Part shown: positions 30,401 to 38,756 of the stretch, piece by piece
How the letters are laid out: each line of letters starts with the position of its first letter
How positions within the stretch are numbered: the first letter of the stretch is position 1
From: an uncultured Gaiellales bacterium
Lineage (GTDB): Bacteria > Actinomycetota > Thermoleophilia > BMS3ABIN01
Length of the DNA stretch: 64,000 bases
Reading direction: 5' to 3'
NCBI GenBank assembly: GCA_964497425.1
Contig: CAZCCR010000005.1
Coordinates: 206-64,205, forward strand
Translations under genes and position numbers: made by a program
The notes under the pieces: generated by a model
The model's input: the letters and a program-made list of their open reading frames with translations, nothing else
What the model was told of the DNA's origin: nothing
Databases searched by the model: none

Positions 30401-30616
30401 GAGATCGATAGCCTCGACCTGCGCATCAGTTACCGCGGACACTCCATCGACCTGCGGCTCACGCACGACTCACTCGCTGTCGACGGACACGACACCCCCG
30501 CTGCCCCCATCACCCTTTCCGTCGACGACAGCGTCAGTGAATTCGTCAGCGGCACGACCAGCACCTACCGCTTCTCCGGCAAGGCCGCGGAGGAAGACCC
30601 TATCGACCGGGGATAG
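27404..30616 (+). CDS. Fusion of beta-phosphoglucomutase (HAD) with a glycoside-hydrolase-family-65 alpha-glucoside phosphorylase
   Basis: N-terminus LFDLDGVL...VEDAVAGV is HAD/PgmB. The remainder has the GH65 N-domain, the (alpha/alpha)6 catalytic domain with HIFWDELF, and the C-domain. 1070 aa. Confidence 0.85.
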   Translation: MTCNCPVFTLTPRDYDAVLFDLDGVLTRTASVHAAAWKRLFDAFLRQRSADTGAPFVPFDIEADYQRYVDGKPRYAGVADFLKSRGIELPPGTDEDGPGTQSVRELGDRKDRYFLEYLEEHGAEPYSESLSLVRKLRLHGIRTAVVSSSNNCEAVLVAAGIADLFDTRVDGRDITRLGLEGKPAPDAFLEATRRLGSEPERSIVVEDAVAGVAAGSAGGFGCVIGVDRSGHAQQLRQAGADVVVTDLSQVQVTEEPPSSWSLVFEDFDAEREGIRESLCTLGNGYYGTRGAAAWATADGIHYPGTYLACGYNRLRSTVAGRVLENEDLVNLPNWLALDFRIDGGDWFDVNAVRIISYRQELDIRRGMLLRTISFEDNRGRRSTLRTRRLVSMGDMHLGAMELSLTAENWSGEVTVRSAIDGRVVNAGARLYRKYNNRHLEQLAAEAVGGELLYLQVRTSQSHIHVAQAARTQAFIDGGLLQAERSIINEPGYIAQEQRFAVGEGRTLVVEKLASFYTSRDHAISECGLEACKAARRAGRFDAVMADHVLAWRHLWRRFDVQIRPAEPGFRLNIQMLLRLNMFHLLQVVSPNSFGLDIGVPARGWTGEAYQGHIFWDELFIFPFFNHRMPEITRTLLMYRYRRLGEARANARSAGFRGAMFPWQSGSDGREETGKLNLNPRSGRWVPDNTYLQRHVGSAIAYNAWQYFQVTHDMEFMNSYGAELILDIARFWSSIAVFSEERRRYEIRGVMGPDEFHDSYPDASEPGIDNNAYTNIMAVWVICRALEVLDMLSDMRQEELRELLGLSAEEITRWDDISRRMYVPFHGDGIISQFEGYEDLLDFDWQDYETRYGNIQRLDLILEAEKDSVNRYKASKQADVLMLFYLFSSEELRELFARLEYPFEYETIPRNIAYYVGRISHGSTLCRVVFSWVLARSDRRGSMNMFAEALQSDIKDIQQGTTAEGIHLGAMAGAVDLVQRVWTGIEVKGDVLQLTPELPREIDSLDLRISYRGHSIDLRLTHDSLAVDGHDTPAAPITLSVDDSVSEFVSGTTSTYRFSGKAAEEDPIDRG

Positions 30617-30911
30617 TGTCCTCGCCGATCTTCCATCTGCCGTTCTTCCTGACCAGGCTGGTTGTCACCTCGAGGACCCTGTCCTCCCGCCCGGGATATT
30701 GATACCGCGATGACCGGGTGACCCTCGCCCTGTCCCCCTCGATCTCTTCCTTGATTATATCGACGTCCGTGATCTCCGTACCCTGCGGGAACAGCTGTTC
30801 TATCTGCTTCAGATAGACATCCTCTGTCGGCGGCAGCACGCCCGACGCATGGAGTTCGTAGAACTCATCGAACTTGCGCTCATTGAGAAGCCTGACATGC
30901 TCCCTGATCAC
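30600..30911 (-). CDS. Small hypothetical protein (possible lipoprotein; start uncertain)
   Basis: 103 aa from a GTG. The in-frame upstream sequence encodes a lipobox-like VFLVLVLAFPPAGC but has no canonical start codon after the preceding stop. Confidence 0.4.
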   Translation of the reverse strand: MIREHVRLLNERKFDEFYELHASGVLPPTEDVYLKQIEQLFPQGTEITDVDIIKEEIEGDRARVTRSSRYQYPGREDRVLEVTTSLVRKNGRWKIGEDTIPGR

Positions 30912-31010
30912 TTCCGAGGGCGTATCGACATCATTGCCGCAACCGGCCGGAGGAAACGCAAGGACGAGAACCAGAAAAACCCTCTATCGTTTATCTGAAA
31001 CGGGGCGGGG

Positions 31011-32699
31011 ATGGGGTATCCGTTAGACAACCATGACCGCAGACGCCGGTCTCGTGCTACCGCTATTATCTCTCTCGCCGCCATCGGCTTCATGCTGCTG
31101 CTGCCCGCCACGGCGCTGGGATCGGCCTCCTATACCATCAGTGACGACGCCACCGGCGGCGACTGCGTAGCCATCGGCAGCTGGGACCCCGTCAGCAAGA
31201 CCTGCACGCTGGCCGGGGACCTCATCGTTCCCGCAGGATATGACGGCATCGGGATTGCCTCGGACGGTATAACGCTGGACGGCGGCGGGCACAGCCTGAC
31301 AGGTGACATCGCCTCACCGGCGAAGGGGGTCATGCTGCTGTCCCGAAGCGGCGTCACGGTCAGAAACCTGAGGATTCATGATTTCTACCGCAGTATTCTC
31401 ATCGATGGCTCCGGCAACAATACCCTGACTTTCAACGACATCCAGCCCACCTGGGGCAGCAAGGCCATCGTCCTCGTCTCTTCCAACGGCAACGAGGTTT
31501 CCTCCAATCATGCCAGTGGCGATGACAATGGCATCGAGATGAGAAATTCTGATGGTAACAACGTGGTCGGCAACAGCGCATATGGCCAGGGCGACGGCGC
31601 GGGCATCTACCTCTACCAGTCGAACAACAACAGTCTTGATGTCAATATGGCTTCCAACGTGGAGGGTGGCGAGGGCATCATGTTGGAGGGATCCGGGGGA
31701 AACAGGCTCAGCGGCAACGCTGCGAACGGAGACGGCGAAGGAATACTGTTGTTGATGTCGGGAAACAATCGTCTCTGCTCCAATCATGCCACCGGCATCA
31801 ACGATACGGGCATATTCCTGAACAGCGCCGGCGGTAACAGACTCACCGGCAATACTGCCGAGGGCAGATGGGTCGGCATCGATCTTAACCAGGCTTCCGA
31901 CAACACCCTGAGCGGCGGCAGCACCTTCGGGAACAGCCATGGCATCGAGGTCACGGGGTCATCAGGCAACCACCTCGTCGGCATCACCGTGGATGGCAAC
32001 CCGGAAAACGGCATAGGGCTCTACCAATCGAACGACAACCTCATAACCAACAATGTCTTATCCAACAACGGCTTGTCGGCAACGTGGAGCGGTTGGCCCG
32101 CCTTGCTGTTGCATGAGAGCTGGAACAACATCGTCTACGCCAATGCCTTCATCGACAATTATGTCGGCTATACGATCTACCAGGCCGAAATCGACGGCGG
32201 CGGCGGCAACTCCTTCAACCTGCCGGCGCCCTGGGGCGGTAACTACTGGAGCAATTTCGATGAACCCTCCGAGGGCTGCTATGACAGCTCCCCCGCCGAC
32301 GGCTTCTGCGATGCTCCCAAGACCTTTCCCGGCGGCGCCGACAACCTGCCTCTGACAGCGGACCCGACGCCTTCGGGCTACAAACCGGTGCTGAACCTGA
32401 GCGCCCCCACGGCCTACTGGTCTTCACTGCGCGACTACGAAGCGGGCAACCTCAGCGTGGACTGGACCATCAACAACGACGGCGGTGAATGCGCCTATGG
32501 CTTCGAGCTGACCAGCGTCGTCAACAGCGGCCGCGTGACGGTGAACACACTCTTGCCGGTGTCCGGCGGCGACATCCCCAGCTGTGAAAGCAGCACCATC
32601 ACCCTCTCCTATCATGTGTCAACAGGTACGAGCAGCTTCGTCAGCGCCCTCCAGGGCCGGGCCCTGAACGGCTCGGGTCAGCGGTATACCTATCCCTGA
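31011..32699 (+). CDS. Secreted right-handed parallel beta-helix repeat protein
   Basis: 562 aa with a signal peptide. More than 10 tandem ~22-aa PbH1-like repeats (GNNTLTGN...). Confidence 0.7.
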   Translation: MGYPLDNHDRRRRSRATAIISLAAIGFMLLLPATALGSASYTISDDATGGDCVAIGSWDPVSKTCTLAGDLIVPAGYDGIGIASDGITLDGGGHSLTGDIASPAKGVMLLSRSGVTVRNLRIHDFYRSILIDGSGNNTLTFNDIQPTWGSKAIVLVSSNGNEVSSNHASGDDNGIEMRNSDGNNVVGNSAYGQGDGAGIYLYQSNNNSLDVNMASNVEGGEGIMLEGSGGNRLSGNAANGDGEGILLLMSGNNRLCSNHATGINDTGIFLNSAGGNRLTGNTAEGRWVGIDLNQASDNTLSGGSTFGNSHGIEVTGSSGNHLVGITVDGNPENGIGLYQSNDNLITNNVLSNNGLSATWSGWPALLLHESWNNIVYANAFIDNYVGYTIYQAEIDGGGGNSFNLPAPWGGNYWSNFDEPSEGCYDSSPADGFCDAPKTFPGGADNLPLTADPTPSGYKPVLNLSAPTAYWSSLRDYEAGNLSVDWTINNDGGECAYGFELTSVVNSGRVTVNTLLPVSGGDIPSCESSTITLSYHVSTGTSSFVSALQGRALNGSGQRYTYP

Positions 32700-32867
32700 G
32701 TCAGCCTGGGTCAGCTCTCCGCGTGAGGCTTGCCGCAGGGAGGAACCGGCGGTATGGGCCGGCGGCCGTTCCCTGGTCCTGGTGACAGGCATCGAGTCCC
32801 GCCTGTGTCGGTTATGCCTGTGCCGGATACGGATACCTCTGGTGAAAGATATCGAGTCTCACCGGTC

Positions 32868-34163
32868 TCAACCGCTATCAGACAGAAGCTTGCGGTGCAG
32901 CATATGCAGCGCGGCCCTGACAGCGGCGGCGCGCACGTCCTCCCGCCCGCCGGGAAAATCGTAGCGCTCGACCACATCCCCCTCTTCCGAGGAGGCGCAG
33001 ATGAACACCAGGCCCACGGGCTTCTCCGCCGTGCCGCCGGAGGGACCGGCGATACCGGTGACGCCCAGACCGTAATCGGCGCCAGTGAGCGCCCTCACCC
33101 CCAGGGCCAGCTGCTGGGCCACCGGCTCGGAGACGGCGCCCACATTGTCCAGCACCTCCCGGCGCACCTTCAGCACGGCGCGCTTCACCTCGTTGTCGTA
33201 TGCGGTCACTCCTCCCAGGAAGAACCCTGACGAACCGGGGACGCTGGTGATGGCACCCCCCAGGAGACCGCCGGTGCAGGACTCGCCCACCGCCAGGGTC
33301 CTCTTGTGCTCCATCAACAAACCGCCAACCACCTCTTCGATGGATTCGCCCGCTGAAAAATACCACTCATCGAGTTCCCGCCGGACAGCCGCCAGAGCGG
33401 CTTCCACCTTCTCCTCCGCCTCCACGGCGAACAGGACATCCAGGGTCACCTCACGATACGAAGCGCAGATGCCGACCTCGGCGCCGGTCCCCGCCAGCAG
33501 CCGCACCGCCGCTTCGCTCACCGGCGGCTCGCCGCAGCCGTAGAAGCAGAGCATCCGCCTCAGCCTCGGCGCAGCCTTCTCCATCACTGCCCGCACGTCA
33601 GGGACGGAAACGGCTTCCTCCCACATGGCCCGCATCTCCCAGGGGACCCCCGGCAGCGCCACTATCACGGCGCCGCCGCCGCTCACCACGAAGCCGGGCG
33701 CTGTCCCCGCCGGAGGCAGGGGCACACTGCCCGTGGGCATCTCCGCCTGTTTCCGCTGACAAGGCTCCAGGGAAGCGGCGGAAGCCGGGGACGGTCCGTT
33801 CACGCCTTCCCGTTCCAGCGCCGACCCTTTCTGCCTGTCGAGCCAGGCGGCAACCGCAGCCTCCACCATTGTCTCCGCCGCGGCGTTCAGCTCCAGCTCC
33901 AGCCCCAGGGCCGATGCCACCGCCGGGGCAGTCACATCGTCTCCGGTAGGACCCAGACCGCCGGTGACGACAACCAGCGACGGCTTGCGTGAGAGAGCAA
34001 GGACGAGCGCGTCCTCTATCGCCCCCGCTGAGTCGGGGACGGTCAACGACATCGCCACCGGCACGCCCTCCCTTTCCAGCCGGCTGGCGAGCCAGACACT
34101 GTTGGTATCGGTCACGTCACCGCGACACAGTTCGCTGCCCACCGTCAGGAGAACCGCGCTCAT
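32868..34163 (-). CDS. cinA: Competence/damage-inducible protein CinA (MoCF-binding N-domain plus CinA C-domain)
   Basis: C-domain LAVGESCTGGLLGGAITSVPGSS. Start taken at ATG 34161-34163 (MSAVLLTVGSEL), with a 4-bp overlap with pgsA. Confidence 0.85.
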   Translation of the reverse strand: MSAVLLTVGSELCRGDVTDTNSVWLASRLEREGVPVAMSLTVPDSAGAIEDALVLALSRKPSLVVVTGGLGPTGDDVTAPAVASALGLELELNAAAETMVEAAVAAWLDRQKGSALEREGVNGPSPASAASLEPCQRKQAEMPTGSVPLPPAGTAPGFVVSGGGAVIVALPGVPWEMRAMWEEAVSVPDVRAVMEKAAPRLRRMLCFYGCGEPPVSEAAVRLLAGTGAEVGICASYREVTLDVLFAVEAEEKVEAALAAVRRELDEWYFSAGESIEEVVGGLLMEHKRTLAVGESCTGGLLGGAITSVPGSSGFFLGGVTAYDNEVKRAVLKVRREVLDNVGAVSEPVAQQLALGVRALTGADYGLGVTGIAGPSGGTAEKPVGLVFICASSEEGDVVERYDFPGGREDVRAAAVRAALHMLHRKLLSDSG

Positions 34164-34786
34164 CGCCTGTCCGTCTCCAGGTATCGGCGGGCTCGGGAGA
34201 AATAATCGACACCCGATACCACCGTTATCAGGGTGGCGACGATGATCAGATACCAGCTGAGCGGTCGTTCCCACAGGTAGGCGAACCCTGGAACGATGAG
34301 TGTGACGATGGCCGCCATCTGGCTGGTGGTCTTGATCTTGCCCAGGCCGCTGGCGGGGATGACCACCTTCTCCGCCGCCGCCGCCATCCTGAGGCCGGAG
34401 ACGGCGAACTCGCGGGCGATGATTATCATCGCTATCCAGGGGGACAACCTGTCCAGCGAGACCAGTCCCACCAGGGCGGCGGATATGAGCAGCTTGTCCG
34501 CCAGCGGATCAAGGAACTGGCCGAACACGGTGACGGAATCACGCGAGCGGGCGAAGTAGCCGTCCAGGGTGTCCGTCGCCGACGCCAGCACGAATATGCC
34601 CGCCGCCAGCCAGTCGCCATGGGGGAACCGGGCCTGTTCCAACAGGAAGAATAGGAATACCGGGATGAGCAGCACCCGGATGACGCTGAGTCCGTTGGCC
34701 AGGTTCACCGCCGTCTTCCGGACCTTCCGGGAAGGTCCCGGGTCTGTCGACGCCTCCGGCTCCATGGCTTTTTCAGCTCCCTCCAC
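34160..34786 (-). CDS. pgsA: CDP-diacylglycerol--glycerol-3-phosphate 3-phosphatidyltransferase
   Basis: 208 aa. CDP-alcohol phosphotransferase motif DTLDGYFAR...GQFLDPLADK. Confidence 0.85.
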   Translation of the reverse strand: MEGAEKAMEPEASTDPGPSRKVRKTAVNLANGLSVIRVLLIPVFLFFLLEQARFPHGDWLAAGIFVLASATDTLDGYFARSRDSVTVFGQFLDPLADKLLISAALVGLVSLDRLSPWIAMIIIAREFAVSGLRMAAAAEKVVIPASGLGKIKTTSQMAAIVTLIVPGFAYLWERPLSWYLIIVATLITVVSGVDYFSRARRYLETDRR

Positions 34787-34789
34787 CCG

Positions 34790-35578
34790 TCAGGGCAGCT
34801 CGGCTACGCTATCGGGGGTAATGATATAGACTCCGCCATTCAGCCGTTGCGACTGGCCGTTGACCTCCACCAGCAATGTGTTTCCAATGTTGAGGATGAG
34901 CTTGTTGGAAGGAAGTTCGGACGGCGTGAAGGTGAAGGTCTTGCTCTCCCCCGCCGCCAGCACGTTCTCCCAGATGATCTCACCGTCCTCGTTGTCCTTG
35001 CGGATACGCACCCAGCTGTCCTCCACGTCCGCGGTGAGCACCAGGCTCTCCAGCTGCCGTGGCTGAGTCTGGGTAGGCGTCACCGCTGCAGCGGTCTCCG
35101 CCGGGACCGTGGCCGTAGCGACCGTATCGGCGCCCGTTGCCGTGGTGGTGACGAGCGTGGGCTTCTCACTGGTGGAGTTGCCCCAACCCAGATAGGCGAG
35201 CACGGCGATGATCAGCACCGCGAATATGGCCACGAACAGGTAGTTGGTCTGCTTGCGGGACTTGCGCTCGGCGCCGGACCTGCCACGCTTGCCCGGTTTG
35301 CGCGATTTGCCCGTCTGCACCACCAGGTGCTCCTTGTGGTCCCCGGTGCCGTAACGGTCGTTGTATTCGTCGAGGATGAGCTGATAATCGATTCCCAGGT
35401 ATTCGGCATAGGTCCTGAGGAAGCCCTTGACGTAGGTGCCGGCGGGCAACACGTCGAAGTCTTCATTCTCCATCGCCTGGATATACTTGACCCTTATCTT
35501 GGTGTCGGCTTCCGCTTTCTGCAGCGATATGTCGCGGCGCACGCGGGCGTCACGCAGGGTCGTCCCTATCTCAAACAT
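34790..35578 (-). CDS. rodZ: RodZ-like HTH/transmembrane cytoskeleton protein
   Basis: N-terminal HTH (TLRDARVRRDISLQKAEADTKIRVKYIQAMEN), basic linker, TM helix, and a C-terminal DUF4115-like beta domain. Confidence 0.7.
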   Translation of the reverse strand: MFEIGTTLRDARVRRDISLQKAEADTKIRVKYIQAMENEDFDVLPAGTYVKGFLRTYAEYLGIDYQLILDEYNDRYGTGDHKEHLVVQTGKSRKPGKRGRSGAERKSRKQTNYLFVAIFAVLIIAVLAYLGWGNSTSEKPTLVTTTATGADTVATATVPAETAAAVTPTQTQPRQLESLVLTADVEDSWVRIRKDNEDGEIIWENVLAAGESKTFTFTPSELPSNKLILNIGNTLLVEVNGQSQRLNGGVYIITPDSVAELP

Positions 35579-35686
35579 TCCTGACCATCCATATCAGAGT
35601 CCCCGGCCGGCCTGCCGTCCCGATGCAGGCATTCTATCAGCTAAGGATGTGTCCACGGTGGAAAAACTAACACTTTAACAGGGTCA

Positions 35687-35715
35687 TTGACAATATCAGC
35701 CAAACTGATAGTATT
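35687..35715 (+). promoter_or_regulatory. Candidate promoter (TTGACA, 16-17 nt spacer, TAGTAT) for the hydrogenase locus
   Basis: -35 at 35687-35692; -10-like at 35709-35715. Confidence 0.35.
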
Positions 35716-35816
35716 CAGGCGAAACCGACCTGGAAGGACAAATTGGATTCTTTTTGGGGAGGATACAACAGCGGAGACAGGGCCTGCAACGGGATTCGCA
35801 TGGCCGTAAGGACCAG

Positions 35817-35850
35817 GACCGGTGCGTGAAAAGCACCGGTCTTTTTCTTT
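35817..35850 (+). terminator. Intrinsic terminator/attenuator hairpin in the hydrogenase leader
   Basis: GACCGGTGC-GTGAAAA-GCACCGGTC followed by TTTTTCTTT, about 210 nt upstream of the small-subunit ATG. Confidence 0.55.
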
Positions 35851-36063
35851 GCCGTCTCCCCCGGGATGGCTGACAGGAAGGCATCGGTTCCCGGCCGGAG
35901 GACAGGAAGACGTCCACCGCTGGAGATGATGATTGCCCCAGGGGCAGGGAAAAGCCCCGGAGCCGTCAAAAATATATGAAACATGACTGGGAAAGGAGCC
36001 GCCTATGGCTGCATTCAAACGGCCGGTGTGTTTTTGGAAGAAGCATTGAAAGAGGAGAGCATT

Positions 36064-37128
36064 ATGCACTACAACATCAGCAGACGCGACTTCCTCAAGC
36101 TGTGTGGCGGTACAGCGGCGATGCTCGGACTCTCCCAGGCCTGGGTGCCGCAGATCGCCAGGGCACTGGAACAGGCGGCCAAACGTCCGCCGGTGGTCTG
36201 GCTGAGTTTCCAGGGCTGCTCCGGCTGCTTTGAATCACTGGCCAAGGCCCAGTACCCGGATGTGGCTTCCATCGTCCTTGACGTCATCAGCCTCAACTAC
36301 CAGGAAGTAATCATGGCGCCCGCGGGTTCCCTCGCTGAGAAGAACCTTGCGGACACCGTCGCCGCCGGCGGATACGTTACGCTGGTGGAGGGGGCCGTCG
36401 CCACCGAAATACCTGAGGCTATGATGGTCGCCGGCAGGACTTCCCAGGAGATAGTCAAGGAAGTGGCTGAAGGCGGCGCGGCTACTATCGCCGTGGGAAC
36501 CTGTGCGACCTACGGCGGGGTCCAGGCCATGAAGCCCAACCCCACGGGAGCCAAGGGCGTCAGGGACGTCATCAGCACCCCCGTGGTCAACGTCCCCGGC
36601 TGCCCGGTGAACCCGGATACACTCGTTTCCACCATCACCTACTACCTGCTGCACAAGCAGGCGCCGCCCATGGACGGTGAAGGCAGGCCCAAGTTCGCCT
36701 TCAGCCAGAAGGTGCACGAGAACTGCCAGCGCCGGGCCCATTTCGACGCCGGCGAGTACGTGGAGCAGTACGGCAGCGAGGAAGAGGCCAAACACTATTG
36801 TCTGTACAAGATGGGCTGCAAGGGTCCGGAGACCCACTCACCCTGCCCCCTGACACTGTGGAACAGCAAACAGAACTGGTGCGTCGGCTGCGGCAACGGC
36901 TGCATCGGCTGCATGGAGCCGGATTTCTGGGACAAGTTCGCCGGCTTCTATGAAAGGCTGCCCAACGTGCCGGTGCCCGGTTTCGTCGGCGTCAAGTCCT
37001 CGGCGGACTATATCGGTTCAACCCTGGTGACGGCCACCATGGCCGGTATCGGCATACATGCCATCGCCACCGCCGCCAAGGGCAGGTTCAAGGAAAAGGA
37101 TGACATATCGGAAGGGAGTGATAACTGA
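36064..37128 (+). CDS. [NiFe(Se)]-hydrogenase small subunit (Tat signal, C-terminal membrane anchor)
   Basis: Twin-arginine signal SRRDFLK; proximal-cluster motifs GCSGC and GTCATYGG...GCP; distal H..C..C. The medial region NWCVGCGNGCIGC has extra Cys. C-terminal TM helix. The ORF track starts upstream at 35983. Confidence 0.9.
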   Translation: MHYNISRRDFLKLCGGTAAMLGLSQAWVPQIARALEQAAKRPPVVWLSFQGCSGCFESLAKAQYPDVASIVLDVISLNYQEVIMAPAGSLAEKNLADTVAAGGYVTLVEGAVATEIPEAMMVAGRTSQEIVKEVAEGGAATIAVGTCATYGGVQAMKPNPTGAKGVRDVISTPVVNVPGCPVNPDTLVSTITYYLLHKQAPPMDGEGRPKFAFSQKVHENCQRRAHFDAGEYVEQYGSEEEAKHYCLYKMGCKGPETHSPCPLTLWNSKQNWCVGCGNGCIGCMEPDFWDKFAGFYERLPNVPVPGFVGVKSSADYIGSTLVTATMAGIGIHAIATAAKGRFKEKDDISEGSDN

Positions 37129-38744
37129 TGGCCAGAGTCGTAGTAGACCCGGTGACCAGGCTGGAGGGTCACCTGCGCATCGAGGTCGAAGTGGACAACG
37201 GCGTGGTCAAGGACGCCTGGGCCAGCACCACCCTCTTCCGTGGTTTTGAGATCTTCATCAAGGACCGCGACCCGCGGGACGCCTGGCATATCGCCCACCG
37301 CATCTGCGGTGTCTGCCCAACCTCTCATGGCATCGCCGCCACCCAGGGGCTGGAGGACTCCTTCGGAGTCACGCCTCCGGACAACGCGGTGCTTGTTAGG
37401 AACCTGATGGAGATAGCCCAGTACCTGCATTCCCATGTCCTCTGGTTCTACGGCCTCAACGCCTTCGACTATGTGGATGTGGTCAGCGCCCTGTCGGCCG
37501 AAGCTTCCACACCGGCGCTGAAGGCGGTGCAGGAGCGCCTGCAGGCCTTCGTCGACAGCGGCCAGCTGGGCTTTCTCGCCAACGGCTACTGGGGTCATCC
37601 GGCGATGCTGCTGCCGCCCGAGGTCAACCTGGAACTGGCCGCCCATTACCTGCAGGCACTGGACATCCAGGCCAAGGCGGCGCGGGCGCTTGCCGTTTTC
37701 GGCGGCAAGTTCCCTTACCACATGTCTACGCCTCCGGGCGGTGTCACCACCATCCCCACACTCGAGGATGTCAACAACTACGAGACCATCATGAAAGAGG
37801 TGAACGACTTCGTCCTCAACGTGATGGTGCCGGATACGCTGGCGGCGGGTGCCGCCTATATCGACCTGGCCAAGATCGGCTCCGGTGTAGGCAATTTCTT
37901 CACCTGGGGCGTACTGGAAGACGCCCAGAGCCGCGATCCCTACCAGCGGGCGCTGCCGCGCGGCGCCATCTTCGGCGGAAAGCTCGCCGTGGAACAGGTC
38001 ACTCCGGCGGACGCGGTGGAATACGTCAGCCACAGCTGGTACACACCGGACTCCGGCGGCGGCAAGAACCCGGGCGACGAGGACGCCACCACCGAACCTC
38101 AGTACACCGGCATGCCTGAGCAACTGACCCCGGATGACAAGTACACCTGGACCAAGACGACGCAGATAAAGGACAACCAGATGGAGGTAGGCACCCTGGC
38201 GCGCATGCTCATCGCTTACCTCTCGGACGCGCCCGGCGCCAAGAAGATCGTCGACGACGCCCTGGCTGCGCTGGGAGCCTCCGGCCAGCCGGAGATACTG
38301 GTATCGGCCCTTGGCCGCCTGGCGACCAAGCCGCTGGAAGCGGCGCTGATCACCCAGAAGATGGAGAAGGACCTGGCCATGCTCAAGGAGAACATCGTCG
38401 CCGGCAAGAGCGAATGGTTCACACCCAACGAGGTCCCCGACAGCGGTGAGGGGGTGGGCGCCTGGGACGCCCCGCGCGGCTCCCTGGCCCACTTCCACCG
38501 CATCGAGGACGGCAAGATCGCCAACTACCAGGCGACGCCGGCCTCCAACTGGAACTTCTCCGCCCGTGACGACAGCGGCGCGCGCGGACCGGTGGAGGAA
38601 GCGCTGGTCGGCACACCGGTGGCCGACCCGGAGAAACCGCTGGAGATACTGAGGGTTGTTCACACCTTCGACCCATGAATCGCCTGCGCGGTTCACGTGA
38701 TTGAACCGAAAAGCAACAAGGTCTACAAGTTCCAGGTCCGTTAG
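37128..38744 (+). CDS. [NiFeSe]-hydrogenase large subunit; selenocysteine encoded by in-frame TGA 38676-38678 (ORF track truncates at 38678)
   Basis: N-terminal Ni-binding RICGVC. Translation through the TGA gives DP-U-IACAVH followed by a 15-aa tail and TAG at 38742-38744, restoring the conserved DPCxxCxxH C-terminal motif with Sec. Confidence 0.75.
38679..38710 (+). other. Putative bacterial SECIS hairpin immediately 3' of the UGA-Sec codon
   Basis: GGTTCA-CGTGAT-TGAACC (38690-38707), a perfect 6-bp stem with a hexaloop, beginning 11 nt after the UGA. Confidence 0.45.
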
Positions 38745-38756
38745 GTGGTGGGAGAC

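Noticed and set aside
32700-32867. Two copies of GGTGA.AG..ATCGAGTC.C in the convergent gap between the beta-helix gene and cinA
   Set aside because: Only two imperfect copies in a convergent 3' region. Probably a terminator-associated structure; not enough signal to call a feature.
38676-38678. TGA in the hydrogenase large subunit interpreted as a genuine truncation or pseudogene
   Set aside because: The downstream in-frame sequence reconstitutes the universally conserved C-terminal Ni-ligand motif, with the expected 15-aa cleavable tail and a hairpin at SECIS distance. The whole maturation operon is intact. Selenocysteine recoding is the more economical explanation; a pseudogene is not excluded until sel genes are found.
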